Shown here piece after piece: positions 1 through 11,136 of a stretch of DNA of 64,000 nt. Under the pieces are notes generated by a model. It was not told the DNA's origin. It ran no database searches and saw only the letters and a list, made by a program, of their open reading frames with translations. Position 1 is the stretch's first letter; the number at the start of each line of letters is the position of its first letter. The DNA is from Clostridia bacterium. GTDB lineage: Bacteria; Bacillota; Clostridia; Christensenellales; Aristaeellaceae. The position numbers and the translations under genes are program-made. The stretch covers positions 184,672 to 248,671 of the forward strand of contig JAFSOC010000015.1 in the NCBI GenBank assembly GCA_017447185.1. The letters are read 5' to 3'.

Positions 1-2
1 AG

Positions 3-2387
3 AATCCGTTGCTTGTTTCTGTCCGTTCCGGCGCACGTGCTTCCATGCCCGGTATGATGGACACGATTCTGAACCTCGGTCTGAACGATGAAGTTGTGGC
101 AGCAATGATCGCCGGAAACGATGATCCTAAATTCGCCCGCTTTGTTTATGACAGCTATCGCCGGTTCATCCAGATGTATTCCGACGTCGTCATGGAAGTC
201 GGTAAGAAGTACTTTGAACAGCTGATCGATGAAATGAAGGCCAAAAAAGGTGTTACGTTCGACGTGGAGCTCACGGCGGAAGACCTGAAGGAACTGGCTG
301 GCCAGTTCAAGGCAGAATACAAATCCAAGATCGGTTCCGATTTCCCCTCTGATCCCAAGGAACAGCTGATGGGAGCCATCAAAGCGGTTTTCCGTTCCTG
401 GGACAATCCCCGCGCCAATGTGTACCGTCGTGACAATGACATTCCGTACAGCTGGGGTACCGCTGTCAACGTAATGCCCATGGTGTTCGGAAACCTGAAC
501 AACAATTCCGGTACTGGTGTCGCGTTTACCCGCGATCCCGCAACCGGCGAAAACAAACTGATGGGTGAGTTCCTGGTCAATGCCCAGGGTGAAGACGTTG
601 TTGCCGGCGTGCGCACGCCGATGCCCATTGCCCAGATGGCAGAACAGTTCCCGGGCGCTTATGACGAATTCGTCAAGGTTTGTGCCCTGCTCGAAAAACA
701 TTACCGCGATATGCAGGATATGGAATTCACCGTTGAAAACGGCAAACTCTATATGCTGCAGTGCCGCAACGGCAAGCGTACTGCACAGGCTGCCCTGCGC
801 ATTGCCTGCGACCTGGTGGACGAGGGAATGCGTTCCGAAGAGGAAGCTGTTTCCATGATTGATCCCCGGAACCTGGATACACTGCTGCATCCGCAGTTCG
901 ATGCCGCTGCCCTGAAGAAAGCGGAACCGATCGGAAAAGGCCTCGGAGCTTCTCCCGGTGCTGCTTGCGGTAAAGTTGTGTTCACTGCGGAAGACGCAGA
1001 AGACTGGGCCAAGCGTGGTGAAAAAGTTGTTCTTGTCCGCCTGGAGACCTCTCCGGAAGATATTACCGGTATGAAGAGCGCACAGGGCATTCTGACCGTC
1101 CGTGGCGGTATGACCAGCCATGCGGCTGTTGTAGCCCGCGGCATGGGCAAGTGCTGCGTATCCGGCTGCGGTGAGATCATTATGGATGAGGAAAACAAGA
1201 AGTTTACTCTGGCCGGAAAGACTTACAACGAAGGCGACTGCATTTCCATCGATGGAACAACCGGTAAGATTTATGACGGACTGATTCCTACTGTGGATGC
1301 TACCATTGCCGGTGAGTTTGGACGGATTATGGCCTGGGCCGATAAATATCGTAAGCTGCGTGTCCGCACAAATGCAGATACGCCCGAAGATGCAAAGAAA
1401 GCCCGCGAGCTCGGCGCAGAAGGCATCGGTCTTTGCCGTACGGAGCACATGTTCTTTGAGCCGGAAAGAATTGCTGCTTTCCGTGAGATGATCTGCTCTG
1501 ACACTGTCGAAGAGCGTGAAGCTGCGCTGAACAAGATTCTGCCGTATCAGCAGAGCGACTTTGAAAAACTGTACGAAGCATTGGAAGGATATCCGGTATG
1601 CATCCGCTTCCTGGATCCTCCGCTTCATGAGTTTGTTCCCAACAGTGAAGAAGAAATTGCCCTGCTGGCAAAGGCGCAGAACAAGAGCGTTGAAACCATC
1701 AAGAATATTATTTCTTCTCTGCATGAATTCAACCCGATGATGGGCCACCGCGGATGCCGCCTTGCGGTCACGTATCCTGAAATTGCAAAGATGCAGACAA
1801 AGGCTGTGATCCGTGCTGCCATCAAAACCAAGAAGGCTCATCCGGATTGGAACGTGAAACCGGAAATCATGATTCCACTGGTATGCGAATTGAAAGAACT
1901 GAAGTACGTCAAGGATGTCGTAGTGGAAACCGCGAATGCCGAAATCGAAGCTTCCGGAACTAAACTGGAATATGAAGTCGGTACGATGATCGAAATCCCG
2001 CGTGCAGCTCTGACTGCGGATGAAATTGCGAAGGAAGCTGATTTCTTCTGCTTCGGCACCAACGACCTGACACAGATGACCTTCGGCTTCAGCCGTGACG
2101 ATGCCGGCAAGTTCCTGGGTGCATATTACGACACCAAGATCTTCGAATTTGATCCTTTCGCGAAGCTGGATCAGCACGGTGTTGGAAAGCTGATGGATCT
2201 GGCCATCAAACTCGGACGTCCCGCCAATCCGAAACTCCATGTGGGTATCTGCGGCGAGCATGGCGGAGATCCGAGCTCTGTCGAGTTCTGCCATAAGATT
2301 GGCCTGGACTATGTGAGCTGTTCTCCGTTCCGTGTGCCGATCGCCCGTCTGGCCGCAGCGCAGGCTGCCATCGCAGACAAAAAGTGA
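3..2387 (+). CDS. ppdK: pyruvate, phosphate dikinase (5'-truncated by window edge)
   Basis: PLLVSVRSGA, GGMTSHAAVVAR (phospho-His), GTNDLTQ and ICGEHGG motifs; frame is open from the window start. Confidence 0.98.
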   Translation, partial: NPLLVSVRSGARASMPGMMDTILNLGLNDEVVAAMIAGNDDPKFARFVYDSYRRFIQMYSDVVMEVGKKYFEQLIDEMKAKKGVTFDVELTAEDLKELAGQFKAEYKSKIGSDFPSDPKEQLMGAIKAVFRSWDNPRANVYRRDNDIPYSWGTAVNVMPMVFGNLNNNSGTGVAFTRDPATGENKLMGEFLVNAQGEDVVAGVRTPMPIAQMAEQFPGAYDEFVKVCALLEKHYRDMQDMEFTVENGKLYMLQCRNGKRTAQAALRIACDLVDEGMRSEEEAVSMIDPRNLDTLLHPQFDAAALKKAEPIGKGLGASPGAACGKVVFTAEDAEDWAKRGEKVVLVRLETSPEDITGMKSAQGILTVRGGMTSHAAVVARGMGKCCVSGCGEIIMDEENKKFTLAGKTYNEGDCISIDGTTGKIYDGLIPTVDATIAGEFGRIMAWADKYRKLRVRTNADTPEDAKKARELGAEGIGLCRTEHMFFEPERIAAFREMICSDTVEEREAALNKILPYQQSDFEKLYEALEGYPVCIRFLDPPLHEFVPNSEEEIALLAKAQNKSVETIKNIISSLHEFNPMMGHRGCRLAVTYPEIAKMQTKAVIRAAIKTKKAHPDWNVKPEIMIPLVCELKELKYVKDVVVETANAEIEASGTKLEYEVGTMIEIPRAALTADEIAKEADFFCFGTNDLTQMTFGFSRDDAGKFLGAYYDTKIFEFDPFAKLDQHGVGKLMDLAIKLGRPANPKLHVGICGEHGGDPSSVEFCHKIGLDYVSCSPFRVPIARLAAAQAAIADKK

Positions 2388-2400
2388 TCCAACGGTTCAT

Positions 2401-2428
2401 AAAACCGGCAGCGTAAGCTGCCGGTTTT
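2401..2428. terminator. bidirectional intrinsic terminator
   Basis: AAAACCGGCAGC-GTAA-GCTGCCGGTTTT between convergent ppdK and recX. Confidence 0.9.
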
Positions 2429-3057
2429 TATATATCTTCGATGAGACTGTCAGAAGCAATTTCAAATGCTTTTCTTGCTGTCTCCCATGAAAATCCGCGG
2501 CGCACAAGAGCTGCTAACGTATTCCTGAATACTTTTTGCCGGTCATCGGAAACACGGATGGTTTTCAGTTTCTTACGGGCAAAATCAACCGCGTGCTGCA
2601 GCTGTTCGTCTTCTGTGGCGGCTTCGAGAACTTCATCAATCATTTCCGGATCAATGTCCTTCATACGCAACTCCTGCCGAATGCGGCCTGCACCATATTT
2701 ATGCATCCGGGATTCTACCCATTGCCGGGCAAAATCAAGGTCATCAAGCAGCTTTTCTTTTTCAAGCTTATAAAGGACCAGACCGATTACCTCATCGTCA
2801 TAGTGGGCATTTTCCAGTTTTCTTTCAATTTCGCCCTTGCTGTGAGGACGACGGGCGAGCATTGCGACAGCCTGATCCAATGCGGAAGGATACTGAATAA
2901 GAAGAATTGTTTTCTCAAAGGAGGTACGGTCCACTTCGGTTCCTTCTGACAGCGGAAAAGGCAGCACAAGACGGCTCGGAAGCCAGACCTGCCATCCGCT
3001 TTCAAAAGTGATTTTCGTTTTATTCCGGATTGTGTCAATGGAACGGATTATTTCCAT
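2428..3057 (-). CDS. recX: regulatory protein RecX
   Basis: LARRPHSKGEI..KL, LLDDLDFA, YGAGRIRQELRMK and LVRRGFS three-helix repeats; ATG at 3057 overlaps the upstream gene. Confidence 0.9.
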   Translation of the reverse strand: MEIIRSIDTIRNKTKITFESGWQVWLPSRLVLPFPLSEGTEVDRTSFEKTILLIQYPSALDQAVAMLARRPHSKGEIERKLENAHYDDEVIGLVLYKLEKEKLLDDLDFARQWVESRMHKYGAGRIRQELRMKDIDPEMIDEVLEAATEDEQLQHAVDFARKKLKTIRVSDDRQKVFRNTLAALVRRGFSWETARKAFEIASDSLIEDI

Positions 3058-4205
3058 ACCGGCAGTTCCTTTCTGAAGGCCCAGCGGCAAAGATCGAGGT
3101 TCGCGGTTCCAAACCGTCCGCTTCTGGACTCACTGCAGCCGCCATTCAAAGAAAGCAGGATATTACCGGTGGATTCTTCCCAGAAAGCGCCGTCCACGCA
3201 GCCGTAGGCAAATCCCTGGTGGCCATAGACGGTTGAATCGGAAATACGCCTGTCCCGCACGATCAATAAGCCGTGCCCGTAGGAAAGTGTGGGAGAAACA
3301 TCCCCGTAAGAAATGACATCCTGTTTCATATAATTCGCATAACTGGAAGAAAGAAACTGTGATCCATGATCACGGATACAGGCAGTCAGCCGGAGAAGAG
3401 AGGGGAGCGTAATATACATGCTACCGGCTGTATAGCCATAGTGGAGCATTGAATCAGGATGGGTGATCGGAAGGCGTCCCAGTCGTGTGACCCGTATGCC
3501 GGTTCCTGTATGATAGGGCAGGATCCGGATGACCGGCATGATCCGATCTTCCGGGAGAGACGCCCCTTCCAGGGAAGCATCAAGGTTCAGTGGGTGAAAC
3601 AGATACTGCTGATAGACCTGTTCAACAGACTGGCCGAAGATCGACTCCAGGACGCATCCAATCAAGCCGAATCCAAGATTGGAATAACGGAATACTTCGC
3701 CCGGAGCATGGAACCTGCATCCTTTTATCGCTTCCGTATAGGGGGCTCTTTTCAGCAGCAACCCTTCCAGACCGTGAGGGTCTGCGAGTCCGGAGGTGTG
3801 AGAGAGAAGATGATGCACCCGGATTTCCCGGAGTTCATCAACTTGCTTTCCTTCCGGCAAAAGCTCATCAACAGGAGCTTCCGGATCCAGGAGCCCCTGA
3901 TCCATCAGGATTGTACATAGAAAGGCCGTTGCCATTTTTGTAATGGAAGCAACACGGAAATAGGTGTTTTCATCCGCCACCAGACTGGTATGGACAGCTT
4001 GTGTAAAAATCTGGGATGTATCCTGTCCGGACTGCAGGCACAGCGCAGCTCCGGTTATATGGTTCCTGCGCAGTAATGCGGACAGTTTATTTTCTGTAAT
4101 CAGTGGATGACCGGTGACGCGTTTGACCGGATTTTTCGGAATGGAAGGTGAGATGAAGGGAAGCGCAGCGCGGTAAAGGAGATTTTTACTCTTTGATGTC
4201 GGCAT
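3048..4205 (-). CDS. serine hydrolase, beta-lactamase/class C PBP family
   Basis: ASITK (SxxK), LLSHTSG, YSN and HQG motifs. Confidence 0.88.
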   Translation of the reverse strand: MPTSKSKNLLYRAALPFISPSIPKNPVKRVTGHPLITENKLSALLRRNHITGAALCLQSGQDTSQIFTQAVHTSLVADENTYFRVASITKMATAFLCTILMDQGLLDPEAPVDELLPEGKQVDELREIRVHHLLSHTSGLADPHGLEGLLLKRAPYTEAIKGCRFHAPGEVFRYSNLGFGLIGCVLESIFGQSVEQVYQQYLFHPLNLDASLEGASLPEDRIMPVIRILPYHTGTGIRVTRLGRLPITHPDSMLHYGYTAGSMYITLPSLLRLTACIRDHGSQFLSSSYANYMKQDVISYGDVSPTLSYGHGLLIVRDRRISDSTVYGHQGFAYGCVDGAFWEESTGNILLSLNGGCSESRSGRFGTANLDLCRWAFRKELPVWK

Positions 4206-5169
4206 AAATCAACTCTCCTTCCGAACATCTTCCGTACAGTATGAAAAGGGAAATGATATTCACAGTGCTGCAGCCTGCGAGCAGGAGGAAGCGCGTAAGG
4301 ACAGGAAAGTCTGTATGAAGAAGGCCGGAAAGCCAGAGGGATGCTGCCAGATCTGTGACAACAGCAAGAAAAACCGGAAAAATTGTAAGGGGAGAATGAA
4401 CTTTCTCAGTGGTACGGAATAACCATACATAGCGGATAAGCAGGAACAGGCTGACAATAACACTCAGAAGCTGGCTGATCCGGATGGAAGATGAAGCATA
4501 AAGAGAATCCATACGGAAATCTTCAATGATCAGCCTTCCGCAGGCATACAGGAACGCGTAGAAGAAGAAAACATCGCCACGGTACCTGAACCACTTTCTG
4601 CGGGCGATCATCAGGAATATAAAGACAAAGATATTCCACAGCGATTCATAGAAAAAGGTGGCCATATGCCATTCAAGCCCGCTGGCTCCCTGAATCTGCA
4701 CACCAAACGGGAAAAAACAGAGCGAGGGGTTGGTGATCAGAAGGCCGTATGCTTCCTGGTTAAAATAATTACCCCAGCGGCCAAGCGCCTGTGCCAGGAT
4801 CAGGCCGGGAGCAATTACATCGCACAGGGCAAGGAAAGAGATTTTCTTTACCCTGCAGAAAATCCATCCGGCAAGGAGCCCCGCGATAACAGCGCCGTAA
4901 ATGGCGATACCGCCTTCCCATACTCTCAGGATGGAAAGAAGATCATCTTTGAACTGTGGCCAGGAAAAAGCGACATAATAGATTCTCGCACCGATAATCC
5001 CGCAGGGAAGTGCAATCAACGCGAAATCGATGATTGTGCCCTTGGGGAGGCCGGCACGCTTTTCTTCTTTCGATGCAAGGAAAACAGCAAAAGCCGCCCC
5101 GATCACAATCAGAAAACTGTACCAGGGCACAACACCAAAAAGCATCCTGGAATATGGGACAGAAAGCAT
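4186..5169 (-). CDS. lgt: prolipoprotein diacylglyceryl transferase with extra C-terminal hydrophobic segments
   Basis: GARIYYV, WEGGIAIYG, GRWGNYFNQEAYG and EDFRMD motifs. Confidence 0.95.
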   Translation of the reverse strand: MLSVPYSRMLFGVVPWYSFLIVIGAAFAVFLASKEEKRAGLPKGTIIDFALIALPCGIIGARIYYVAFSWPQFKDDLLSILRVWEGGIAIYGAVIAGLLAGWIFCRVKKISFLALCDVIAPGLILAQALGRWGNYFNQEAYGLLITNPSLCFFPFGVQIQGASGLEWHMATFFYESLWNIFVFIFLMIARRKWFRYRGDVFFFYAFLYACGRLIIEDFRMDSLYASSSIRISQLLSVIVSLFLLIRYVWLFRTTEKVHSPLTIFPVFLAVVTDLAASLWLSGLLHTDFPVLTRFLLLAGCSTVNIISLFILYGRCSEGELIYADIKE

Positions 5170-5197
5170 CTGCGTTCTCCTTTCGACTTATAAAAAC

Positions 5198-5963
<766 letters not shown>

Positions 5964-6053
5964 TTTTCCTGTAATAACGCTTTTATCAGCTTGTTATGCC
6001 GTATTGTTTCCGGTATAATGAGCTGATATTATTTTTTGGAGCGGGTATTTATC

Positions 6054-7007
6054 ATGCAGCAGATTGCCCTCGCCCCCCTGTGCGGTGTAACAGACCATAT
6101 TTACCGGACCATCTGTTTTGAACAGGGATGCGATACAGCCTATACTGAAATGATCAGTGCAATGGGATATCTGTGTGCACCGGAACAGCGTGTTACCCGG
6201 GAACTGATGGAAAGGGGACCGGGGGAGAAAAAACTGATCCTGCAATTGTTTGGAAAAGATCCTGATACCGTAGCGAAGGCAGCCGGCGTAATCAGCCGTC
6301 TCGGCTTCTATGACGGGATTGATCTGAACATGGGATGTCCGGCACGAAAAGTAGCCTGCTCGGGAGAAGGAAGCGGCCTTCTCCGCGTCCCTGAAATTGC
6401 ACGCGAAATGATGGAAAAAACCGTAAAAGCTTCCATGCTGCCGGTATCTGTCAAGATGCGGATCGGCTGGGACCGGGAACATATCAATGCCCTTGAAATT
6501 GCACGAATGGCGGAGGATGCCGGTATCCGGCAACTGACGGTGCATGGCCGTACCAGGGAACAGCAATATTCAGGTGCGGCAGACTGGGATATCATCGCTG
6601 AAGTGAAAAAGAGTGTTGGTATACCGGTTATCGGCAACGGCGACATCTTCACTGCTGAAGATGCAGTGCGGAAACTGCGTACAACAGATGTGGACGGGAT
6701 CATGATCGGGCGCGGAGCGCTTGGAAACCCATGGATCTTCAGGGAAATCAAATCGATCCTTTCCGGGGAAACACCCCAGAAGGTATCGCTGACGGAGCGG
6801 TCTGAAATGATTCGGCTCCATTATGAAAGGATGCTTTCCTCCAGGCCGGAACGAATTGCTGTTCGTGAGATGCGTAAGCATATCGGCTGGTATCTGCACG
6901 GGCTGCGCGATTCTGCAAAAGTCCGGAATGAAATCAATCGCATGGTACAGCCAGAAGAGATTTTTTCACGGCTTCGGTTGTTCTTTGAAACTTCGGCAGA
7001 AGCCTGA
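6054..7007 (+). CDS. dusB: tRNA dihydrouridine synthase DusB
   Basis: DLNMGCP, VHGRT, GNGDI and GRGALGNPW motifs. Confidence 0.93.
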   Translation: MQQIALAPLCGVTDHIYRTICFEQGCDTAYTEMISAMGYLCAPEQRVTRELMERGPGEKKLILQLFGKDPDTVAKAAGVISRLGFYDGIDLNMGCPARKVACSGEGSGLLRVPEIAREMMEKTVKASMLPVSVKMRIGWDREHINALEIARMAEDAGIRQLTVHGRTREQQYSGAADWDIIAEVKKSVGIPVIGNGDIFTAEDAVRKLRTTDVDGIMIGRGALGNPWIFREIKSILSGETPQKVSLTERSEMIRLHYERMLSSRPERIAVREMRKHIGWYLHGLRDSAKVRNEINRMVQPEEIFSRLRLFFETSAEA

Positions 7008-7022
7008 ACGGATGTGACACAG

Positions 7023-8378
7023 ATGAAAAAAAAGATTTTTCTGTTGCTGCTGAGCCTCATGCTCCTGTTCCCTGCACAGATATTTGCAGCCGGAATGCAG
7101 GACTTCCTGGCTTTTCCCGGAGAAGGAGAACCGGTTTCGTTTGAACTTGCCGCGGAAATCATAAAGATTCCGCAACTCGATGAAAACCGTACGGAACAGC
7201 TTAACCGCATTCTGAAACATGTCCGGTTTTCAGGGATTACCGGTGAAAAAGAATCAGAAGTGACGGTGTCTCTGGACAATGAAGAACTATTCAGTATCCT
7301 TTCATTTGACTATTCCGGAATGAAACAGACAGTTCTGGCTCCGGATCGTGAACATTATTACAGTTGTTCAGATATTCCGGAATACACGGAAATGAATCTT
7401 CTCCCTGTTTCAACCGGTGAAGCTGCCAAAATCGAGAGAAGCCGGAAAATACGGCTATCACTGGATGCTGTATCCGGTTTCCTTGAAAAACTGCCTGATT
7501 CTTTTCCGGACAAGGTTTCCAGGTCAAAAACCACGGAGAAGTATAGGAATTATGGGACTGCATCCTGCAAAATCGTGCTGAAACTGTCGGATGAGGAAAT
7601 GAACGGCTATCTTCAGCAGTTCCTTAAGAGTCCGGAATTCACATGCTGCGATCCGAATCTGGCGAAGATGGTATTTACCGGGAGACAAGGATTTACTCTT
7701 CTGTATACGGAAGACAACAAACTGCTGAAAGCTTCCTACAGCGGTAAAGCATCGTGGGCGGAGAATGACATCCGGGATATCCGCCTCGAATGGAAAACTG
7801 TTCGCCGCGATGGGTATGCGAAGGATGAACTTCAGCTGAGAACACCGGACGAAAAAAGGACGGCCAGGAACAACCTGATTCTGAGTTACATTCTGCAGAC
7901 AGGAGAAGACGGGAGCGAAAAGCTGACCTGGACTGAAGAAACAGATGTTCTGGAAAACCGTGTCCGGAAACAGGGGAAATTCGAAGTTGACCTTACCCTG
8001 AAGGAAAACAGCCTGACAGGCTCCGTGAAGGATACTGAGAAAGTGAATAACGTCAATTCTTCCAAAACTATTCTTATGGAGTGGACAGCTCTGCAACAGA
8101 ATAGTTGGACCGGAACACTTGAAATAATCAGCAAAAAAGATAAAATAGAAAAGGTACATATCAGGGCTATTTTGTCCCTGACGGCCGGGATCTCGGTACC
8201 GGTTTCATCCGGCCAGCCGGAAACGGTTCATGTAAGTGAGGCGGATTTCAGCCGGATCACAGAGAAACTGTATTCAGAGATCCTGCGAAAACTGATGAAG
8301 CTTCCGGCGGAAGACCAGGCGTTTTTCCGTGAAGGAATTCCGGATTCATTATGGAATACAATCGTCAGCACACAATGA
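7023..8378 (+). CDS. exported hypothetical protein
   Basis: long ORF with signal peptide MKKKIFLLLLSLMLLFPAQIFA; no family recognised. Confidence 0.8.
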   Translation: MKKKIFLLLLSLMLLFPAQIFAAGMQDFLAFPGEGEPVSFELAAEIIKIPQLDENRTEQLNRILKHVRFSGITGEKESEVTVSLDNEELFSILSFDYSGMKQTVLAPDREHYYSCSDIPEYTEMNLLPVSTGEAAKIERSRKIRLSLDAVSGFLEKLPDSFPDKVSRSKTTEKYRNYGTASCKIVLKLSDEEMNGYLQQFLKSPEFTCCDPNLAKMVFTGRQGFTLLYTEDNKLLKASYSGKASWAENDIRDIRLEWKTVRRDGYAKDELQLRTPDEKRTARNNLILSYILQTGEDGSEKLTWTEETDVLENRVRKQGKFEVDLTLKENSLTGSVKDTEKVNNVNSSKTILMEWTALQQNSWTGTLEIISKKDKIEKVHIRAILSLTAGISVPVSSGQPETVHVSEADFSRITEKLYSEILRKLMKLPAEDQAFFREGIPDSLWNTIVSTQ

Positions 8379-8397
8379 CGGGTAAGGAGCCAAAGAC

Positions 8398-9981
8398 ATG
8401 AAGAAAAAACTATGCTGCCTTCTGACAGTTGTCCTGTTCCTTTTCAGCATTTCCTCCGCATTTGCGGCCGGATATACACTGCCATTCAAGATGCAGCGCC
8501 AGCTGGAAGTTGGCAGCGGACTGAAAGGATCTTTTGTTATTCATTCAAATGCGAGCGCTGAAAAAGAGCCGCTTATCCATGCCCTGGCCAATGCGGAATT
8601 TGAGATTCGCGGTATCCGGTCAGAAAACAACGTTCACTATTACATTTATCAACCCGGTGAAAATGAAGACAGGAAGAACCTGACTGAATTTAGCATCCTT
8701 GACAACAAGTATTATCTTCGCAGTGATTTGCTTGGGGACAAACCGTTTCAGCTTCCCGATATTGACACTTTTATCAATTCCAGGCTGAATGCTGAAGGAG
8801 AAAATCCTTCCATCTTTCCTGATATTCTGCGGATGATTCTTGCAGATATGAAGGGCGAGGACAATACGCTGAATACCGAACCATTTGAGAAGCAGATTGA
8901 AGTGTGGATCTCATCCTTTAAATCTGACATTACCATCCACTCTGACGGACAAGGCACGCCGCGTCTTACACAGGAATTCCGGATTCCGGTTGAGACTGTT
9001 TACAGCGCCGTAACTGAACTCGTTCGCTCCATTTCAGAAAATGAAGCTGCAATGAATATTCTGCGGGCAACGCTTTCCCAGGAACAGATTGACATGTACC
9101 TGAATCCGAACTTTGGATATTTCTATCTGGATGCCATGAAACACCTGGACCTCTCCGGAGAGATTGTATTTACAAAGGAAGTATCCACCCTTGGAGAAAT
9201 GATTCACAGTTCACTGACACTGCCGCTTGAAGATGCCAGGACCGGTTTTTCCTTTGTTCAGATTGAAAGCGACGAACTCCGCAAATCAGTTCTTCTGTCC
9301 GGGAGCCGTGGTGTCTATTATCTGAATCTGCCGGTAAGCTTCAGTCCTGAAAGCGATTCCTACGAAGAGGAAATCCGGTTTGCTCGTATTGAAAAGAAGG
9401 TTCAGGACTGGAAAAACCTTGCACTCAGAATCAAAGTTAAAAAAACCCATGATAAATATGATGATGAAGATGAGACTAGGACACATGAAGAGGACCATTA
9501 TGTCATCAGCATTGCAAGGGATATATCCTCTCTTCCTGAACCGTTTGCCACGGTAGAGATTCCAGAGATACCGGACGCAAATACAACGCTTGACCTTCAC
9601 TATTCCAGCAAAATGCAGCTTTCCAGCCCGACAACTTTGGAAATATCCTGCGCCGTTACACAGGGTGAATACAACTTCACACTGGCCGGGAAAGTCAAAA
9701 CTGCATCCCAGTGGCTGTTTGCTCCTTTTGATGTGGCCAATGCGCTTGATGCGGTCAGGTACTCATGCGATGAATTCATGAAGCTGAAAGACCAGTGGAT
9801 TGAAGATGCGGATAAGGATCTTGATAGGACGCCGGAAGAAATCAAACTGGCTGAACCGGCTGCCACATCGGCGCCGGAGGAAATACCAGGGACGGAAGAA
9901 GCTACGGAAGCTCCGGCGGAGCCTGCGGAGGCTCCATCTGACACGGAAGTACCGGTGGATGCTGAAAATGGTAGCGTCTGA
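8398..9981 (+). CDS. exported hypothetical protein with acidic Pro/Ala/Glu-rich C-terminal tail
   Basis: AAGGAG RBS; signal peptide ending SAFA; tail EPAATSAPEE...TEAPAEPAEAP. Confidence 0.82.
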   Translation: MKKKLCCLLTVVLFLFSISSAFAAGYTLPFKMQRQLEVGSGLKGSFVIHSNASAEKEPLIHALANAEFEIRGIRSENNVHYYIYQPGENEDRKNLTEFSILDNKYYLRSDLLGDKPFQLPDIDTFINSRLNAEGENPSIFPDILRMILADMKGEDNTLNTEPFEKQIEVWISSFKSDITIHSDGQGTPRLTQEFRIPVETVYSAVTELVRSISENEAAMNILRATLSQEQIDMYLNPNFGYFYLDAMKHLDLSGEIVFTKEVSTLGEMIHSSLTLPLEDARTGFSFVQIESDELRKSVLLSGSRGVYYLNLPVSFSPESDSYEEEIRFARIEKKVQDWKNLALRIKVKKTHDKYDDEDETRTHEEDHYVISIARDISSLPEPFATVEIPEIPDANTTLDLHYSSKMQLSSPTTLEISCAVTQGEYNFTLAGKVKTASQWLFAPFDVANALDAVRYSCDEFMKLKDQWIEDADKDLDRTPEEIKLAEPAATSAPEEIPGTEEATEAPAEPAEAPSDTEVPVDAENGSV

Positions 9982-10002
9982 TACATAAAGGAGCATCGGA
10001 TC

Positions 10003-11136
10003 ATGTTCAGAAAATGTATTGTGTTGGTCCTTGTGATGATTTTTGCTGCCGGGACTGCACTGGCTCAGGACGCACATCTAGAGATCGAACTGACGGTGCA
10101 GAGAACTGACAATGAAAATAAAATTACAGGAAGCATTCTGGCCAGGGAACAGGATTTACTGGTATTCTCCAGCCTGTTTCCGTCATATATGGTTTCCATT
10201 CCCGGGGAAATGGATTTTGAAAAACTTTTTCATTCGTTAGGCGATGAGCTTTCTCTTTCCGTTCCGGGGATCATGGACATCATCAGCGAATCAGGGATTA
10301 TTGCCCAGGGTACTCAGACGAACGGGATCTACTCGGGTGACCTGTTTGATGAAGCAAAAACCATGCAGACCGGCAGGCTGGCCATCTCAGATCTGGTTAC
10401 ATTCATGGAATCTCTTCCGGGCTATAATGAAGCCGGATCAGCACACTCCTTTGTCAACGGATTTCTCCCCGGTGCGGGCTCTGAAGAGCTGTTGAATGCA
10501 TACATTCAGTATCAAGTATATGACAGCGGAAAATATTTGACGCTGAACATCATCAGCGGTGATGCAACTATGGCTACAGCGTCCTTTGACTTCTCCGTAC
10601 AGAAGCGAATCAAAATCCTTTTAGGATCTGCAGAAGAGGGAAAGAACTATTATCTGGACACTGAAATGACTGAAACCGCTGAAAACGCTGTGAAGATTCA
10701 GTCCGTCCTGCTTGCAGATGCAGGAAAAAACGGGTATCGTGCAGCCCGGGAAAACAAGCCTATACTGGAAAGTACCTGGACATTCTCGCTCCTGCCTAAA
10801 CTTCGTGAAATTCTTATAAACGGCCTGTTTATACCTTCAAATGATATGGAGTCTGTGGTGTTTAACGGAACACTGTCTGTAAATGAAAACCCCGTCCTGA
10901 CAATGGAATTCCATTTCAGCGGGGCTGAAGAAAACCGGTTTATCGTTGGGGTGAAAACCTCAGATGATGCGGTCAGCACTGCAGGGAAAACAGAGATTTC
11001 CTTTGAGGAAATTACTACTGCACAGGGAATTACACCATTTGCAACCGAAATAAGCACCAATTTCCTTGCTTTGTATCCGGTACTGATTCAGGCAATTCCG
11101 GAAGGATATCAGAAGATGCTCGTTATGTTGAATTAA
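10003..11136 (+). CDS. exported hypothetical protein
   Basis: AAGGAG RBS; signal peptide ending TALA. Confidence 0.8.
   Translation: MFRKCIVLVLVMIFAAGTALAQDAHLEIELTVQRTDNENKITGSILAREQDLLVFSSLFPSYMVSIPGEMDFEKLFHSLGDELSLSVPGIMDIISESGIIAQGTQTNGIYSGDLFDEAKTMQTGRLAISDLVTFMESLPGYNEAGSAHSFVNGFLPGAGSEELLNAYIQYQVYDSGKYLTLNIISGDATMATASFDFSVQKRIKILLGSAEEGKNYYLDTEMTETAENAVKIQSVLLADAGKNGYRAARENKPILESTWTFSLLPKLREILINGLFIPSNDMESVVFNGTLSVNENPVLTMEFHFSGAEENRFIVGVKTSDDAVSTAGKTEISFEEITTAQGITPFATEISTNFLALYPVLIQAIPEGYQKMLVMLN

Noticed and set aside
9850-9960. Repeat-like DNA in the acidic tail of the exported protein
   Set aside because: Low-complexity coding sequence, not a regular tandem repeat or CRISPR array
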